Source: Cyanophora paradoxa CCMP329 (lineage: Eukaryota > Plantae > Glaucophyta). Taken from it: a DNA stretch of 64,000 nt. The DNA lies in assembly GCA_004431415.1 (NCBI GenBank), contig QPMI01000040.1, forward strand, positions 434,001 to 498,000, read 5' to 3'. Shown piece after piece: positions 60,301 to 64,000 of the stretch. Numbering within the stretch: position 1 is the first letter of the stretch; the number at the start of each line of letters is the position of its first letter. A program made the translations under genes and the position numbers. Under the pieces are notes generated by a model. The model saw only the letters and a program-made list of their open reading frames with translations. It searched no databases and was not told where the DNA came from.

Positions 60301-63300
60301 AGCCCAGCACCGTCAGCAGGCCCGTGCTCGTCACCGTGCCCGTCACGCCCAGCGACCCAGTCACAAGCGCGTTGCCCGAGATGTCAACCGCGAAACGGTT
60401 CGACAGCACATTCAGCCCGCCATTCGCGTTCACAAGGCCTGCGCTGGTGGTGGTTCCGCTCACGCTCGCCGAGCCCAGCACCGTCAGAAGGCCCGTGCTG
60501 GTCACTGTGCCCGTCACTCCCAGGGCGCCCGTAGCCAGCACGTTCCCTGAGGCGTCCACCACGAACTTGTTCGTGCCTACTGCGAGGCCTCCATCCATGG
60601 AGAACGAGCCCAGCAGAGAAAGGAGCCCCGTGCTTGTCACCGTGCCCGTCACACCCAGGGATCCGGTCACGAGTGCGTTACCCGAGATGTCGACCGCGAA
60701 ACGGTTCGCCAGCACGTTCAGCCCGCCGTTTGCGTTCACAAGGCCCGCGCTGGTGGTGGTTCCGCTCACGCTCGCCGAGCCCAGCACCGTCAGCAGGCCC
60801 GTGCTGGTTACCGTGCCCGTCACGCCCAGCGACCCAGTCACAAGCGCGTTGCCCGAGATGTCAACCGCGAAACGGTTCGACAGCACATTCAGCCCCCCGT
60901 TTGCGTTCACAAGGCCTGCGCTGGTGGTGGTTCCGCTCACGCTCGCCGAGCCCAGCACCGTCAGCAGGCCCGTGCTCGTCACCGTGCCCGTCACGCCCAG
61001 GGCGCCCGTAGCCAGCACGTTCCCTGAGGCGTCCACCACGAACTTGTTCGTGCCTACTGCGAGGCCTCCATCCATGGAGAACGAGCCCAGCAGAGAAAGG
61101 AGCCCCGTGCTTGTCACCGTGCCCGTAACACCCAGGGATCCGGTCACGAGTGCGTTACCCGAGATGTCGACCGCGAAACGGTTCGCCAGCACGTTCAGCC
61201 CGCCGTTCGCGTTCACCAGGCCCGCGCCGGTGGTGGTTCCGCTCACGCTCGCCGAACCCAGCACCGTCAGCAGGCCCGTGCTCGTCACCGTGCCCGTCAC
61301 GCCCAGCGACCCAGTCAAAAGCGCGTTGCCCGAGATGTCAACCGCGAAACGGTTCGACAGCACATTCAGCCCCCCGTTTGCGTTCACCAGGCCCGCGCTG
61401 GTGGTGGTTCCGCTCACGCTCGCCGAGCCCAGCACCGTCAGCAGGCCCGTGCTGGTAACCGTGCCCGTCACGCCCAGCGACCCAGTCACAAGCGCGTTGC
61501 CCGAGATATCGACCGCGAAACGGTTCGACAGCACATTCAGCCCGCCGTTTGCGTTCACAAGGCCTGCGCTGGTGGTGGTTCCGCTCACGCTCGCCGAGCC
61601 CAGCACCGTCAGCAAGCCCGTGCTGGTCACTGTGCCCGTCACTCCTAGGGCGCCCGTAGCCAGCACATTCCCTGAGGCGTCCACCACGAACTTGTTCGTG
61701 CCTACTGCGAGGCCTCCATCCACGGAGAACGAGCCCAGCAGAGAAAGGATCCCCGTGCTTGTCACCGTGCCCGTCACACCCAGGGATCCGGTCACGAGTG
61801 CGTTACCCGAGATGTCGACCGCGAAACGGTTCGCCAGCACGTTCAGCCCGCCGTTTGCGTTCACAAGGCCCGCGCTGGTGGTGGTTCCGCTCACGCTCGC
61901 CGAGCCCAGCACCGTCAGCAGGCCCGTGCTGGTAACCGTGCCCGTCACGCCCAGCGACCCAGTCACAAGCACGTTGCCCGAGATGTCAACCGCGAAACGG
62001 TTCGACAGCACATTCAGCCCCCCGTTTGCGTTCACAAGGCCCGCGCTGGTGGTGGTTCCGCTCACGCTTGCCGAGCCCAGCACCGTCAGCAAGCCCGTGC
62101 TCGTCACCGTGCCCGTCACGCCCAGCGACCCAGTCACAAGCGCGTTGCCCGAGATGTCAACCGCGAAACGGTTCGACAGCACATTCAGCCCGCCGTTTGC
62201 GTTCACAAGGCCCGCGCTGGTGGTGGTTCCGCTCACGCTCGCCGAGCCCAGCACCGTCAGCAGGCCCGTGCTCGTCACCGTGCCCGTCACGCCCAGCGAC
62301 CCAGTCACAAGCATGTTGCCCGAGATGTCGACTGCGAAACGGTTCGACAGCACGTTCAGCCCGCCGTTCGCATTCACAAGGCCTGTGCTGGTGGTGGTTC
62401 CGCTAACGCTCGCCGAGCCCAGCACCGTTAGCAAGCCCGTGCTGGTCACTGTGCCCGTCACTCCCAGGGCGCCCGTAGCCAGCACGTTCCCTGAGGCGTC
62501 CACCACGAACTTGTTCGTGCCTACTGCGAGGCCTCCATCCATGGAGAACGAGCCCAGCAGAGAAAGGAGCCCCGTGCTTGTCACCGTGCCCGTCACACCC
62601 AGGGATCCGGTCACGAGTGCGTTACCCGAGATGTCGACCGCGAAACGGTTCGCAAGCACGTTCAGCCCGCCGTTTGCGTTCACCAGGCCCACGCTGGTGG
62701 TGGTTCCGCTCACGCTCGCCGAGCCCAGCACCGTCAGCAGGCCCGTGCTCGTCACCGTGCCCGTCACGCCCAGCGACCCAGTCAAAAGCGCGTTGCCCGA
62801 GATGTCAACCGCGAAACGGTTCGACAGCACGTTCAGCCCGCCGTTCGCGTGCACCAGGCCCGCGCTGGTGGTGGTTCCGCTCACGCTCGCCGAGCCCAGC
62901 ACCGTCAGCAGGCCCGTGCTCGTCACCGTGCCCGTCACGCCCAGCGACCCAGTCACAAGCGCGTTGCCCGAGATGTCGACTGCGAAACGGTTCGACAGCA
63001 CGTTCAGCCCGCCGTTCGCGTTCACAAGGCCCACGCTGGTGGTGGTTCCGCTTACGCTCGCCGAGCCCAGCACCGTCAGCAGGCCCGTGCTGGTCACCGT
63101 GCCCGTCACTCCCAGAGCGCCCGTAGCCAGCACGTTCCCTGAGGCGTCCACCACGAACTTGTTCGTGCCTACTGCGAGGCCTCCATCCATGGAGAACGAG
63201 CCCAGCAGAGAAAGGAGCCCCGTGCTTGTCACCGTGCCCGTCACACCCAGGGATCCGGTCACCAGCGCATTGCCCGAGGCGTCAACCGCGAAACGGTTCG

Positions 63301-64000
63301 CCAGCACGTTCAGCCCGCCGTTTGCGTTCACAAGGCCCGCGCTGGTGGTGGTTCCGCTCACGCTCGCCGAGCCCAGCACCGTCAGCAGGCCCGTGCTGGT
63401 TACCGTGCCCGTCACTCCCAGGGCGCCCGTAGCCAGCACGTTCCCTGAGGCGTCCACCACGAACTTGTTCGTGCCCACCGCGAGCCCTCCTTCCATCGAG
63501 AACGAGCCCAGCAGCGAGAGGAGGCCCGTGCTCGTCACAGTGCCCGTCACGCCCAGCAATCCGGTCACCAGCGCATTGCCCGAGGCGTCGACCGCGAAAC
63601 GGTTCGACAGCACGTTCAGCCCGCCGTTTGCGTTCACAAGGCCCGCGCTGGTGGTGGTTCCGCTCACGCTCGCCGAGCCCAGCACCGTCAGCAGGCCCGT
63701 GCTGGTTACCGTGCCCGTCACGCCCAGCGACCCCGTCGCAACGGCGTTGCCCGACATGTCCACCACGAACTGATTCCACCTCACGTTCAGCCCGCCGTTT
63801 GCGTTCACAAGGCCCGCGCTGGTGGTGGTTCCGCTCACGCTCGCCGAGCCCAGCACCGTCAGCAGGCCCGTGCTGGTAACCGTGCCCGTCACGCCCAGCG
63901 ACCCAGTCACAAGCGCGTTGCCCGAGATGTCGACCGCGAAACGGTTCGACAGCACATTCAGCCCCCCGTTTGCGTTCACGAGGCCCGCGCTGGTGGTGGT
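54327..64000 (-). CDS. Giant Gly/Ser/Thr/Val beta-strand repeat protein (>3100 aa, start outside window), fibre/adhesin-like, with two small 3' introns
   Basis: ORF 54779-63979 is open to the window edge. GT-AG introns 54736-54795 and 54487-54551 give an in-frame C-terminal domain (…IIAVNCSGTTSVYNVYLPQCTESGAGYIAYIVV…CICVAHPSVTWFCTTMPKAEVPLRR*). Confidence 0.88.
57330..64000 (-). repeat. Near-identical coding tandem array of 171-bp and 135-bp modules
   Basis: 57-aa unit NANGGLNVLSNRFAVDISGNALVTGSLGVTGTVTSTGLLTVLGSASVSGTTTSAGLV interspersed with the 45-aa insert SLLGSFSMDGGLAVGTNKFVVDASGNVLATGALGVTGTVTSTGLL. Confidence 0.92.

Noticed and set aside
54897-63773. Plus-strand ORFs up to 2357 aa (PVTP...)
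   Set aside because: Antisense mirror of the minus-strand repeat gene, which has the introns and C-terminal domain.

Overview
Eukaryotic genomic DNA from a very GC-rich, intron-dense microbial eukaryote. A DPE2 glucanotransferase and a cyclopropyl-sterol isomerase-like gene fit a starch/glycogen-storing, cycloartenol-pathway protist or alga, but the species cannot be fixed from sequence alone. Positions 1-9862 are the AT-rich, intronless right part of an endogenous Polinton/Maverick-like dsDNA virus: packaging ATPase N-terminus (missed by the ORF track), double-jelly-roll major capsid, penton, protein-primed PolB, rve integrase with a D-D-D triad, a tandem DUF5710 protein and terminal tandem repeats. 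It carries a giant-virus-like early promoter motif, and three single-base -1 shifts split otherwise intact genes. It appears to have integrated into a coding exon of a ~16 kb host gene for a large surface/membrane protein (FN3, (SP)n stalk, Kelch, PKD, vWA, multi-TM). The host part also holds DPE2, RPS15A, an ankyrin-FYVE gene, a multi-IQ gene, an unusual SAM + CPI1-like fusion gene, an intron-containing LINE-ORF1-like gene within a repeat-rich block, a 5'-truncated polyA retroelement end, and the 3' part of a >3000-aa intron-bearing beta-repeat protein resembling viral fibres. Many host introns use GC-AG boundaries. Most GC-rich ORFs in the supplied track are spurious frames or antisense shadows. 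All family calls rest on recalled motifs; no searches were run.
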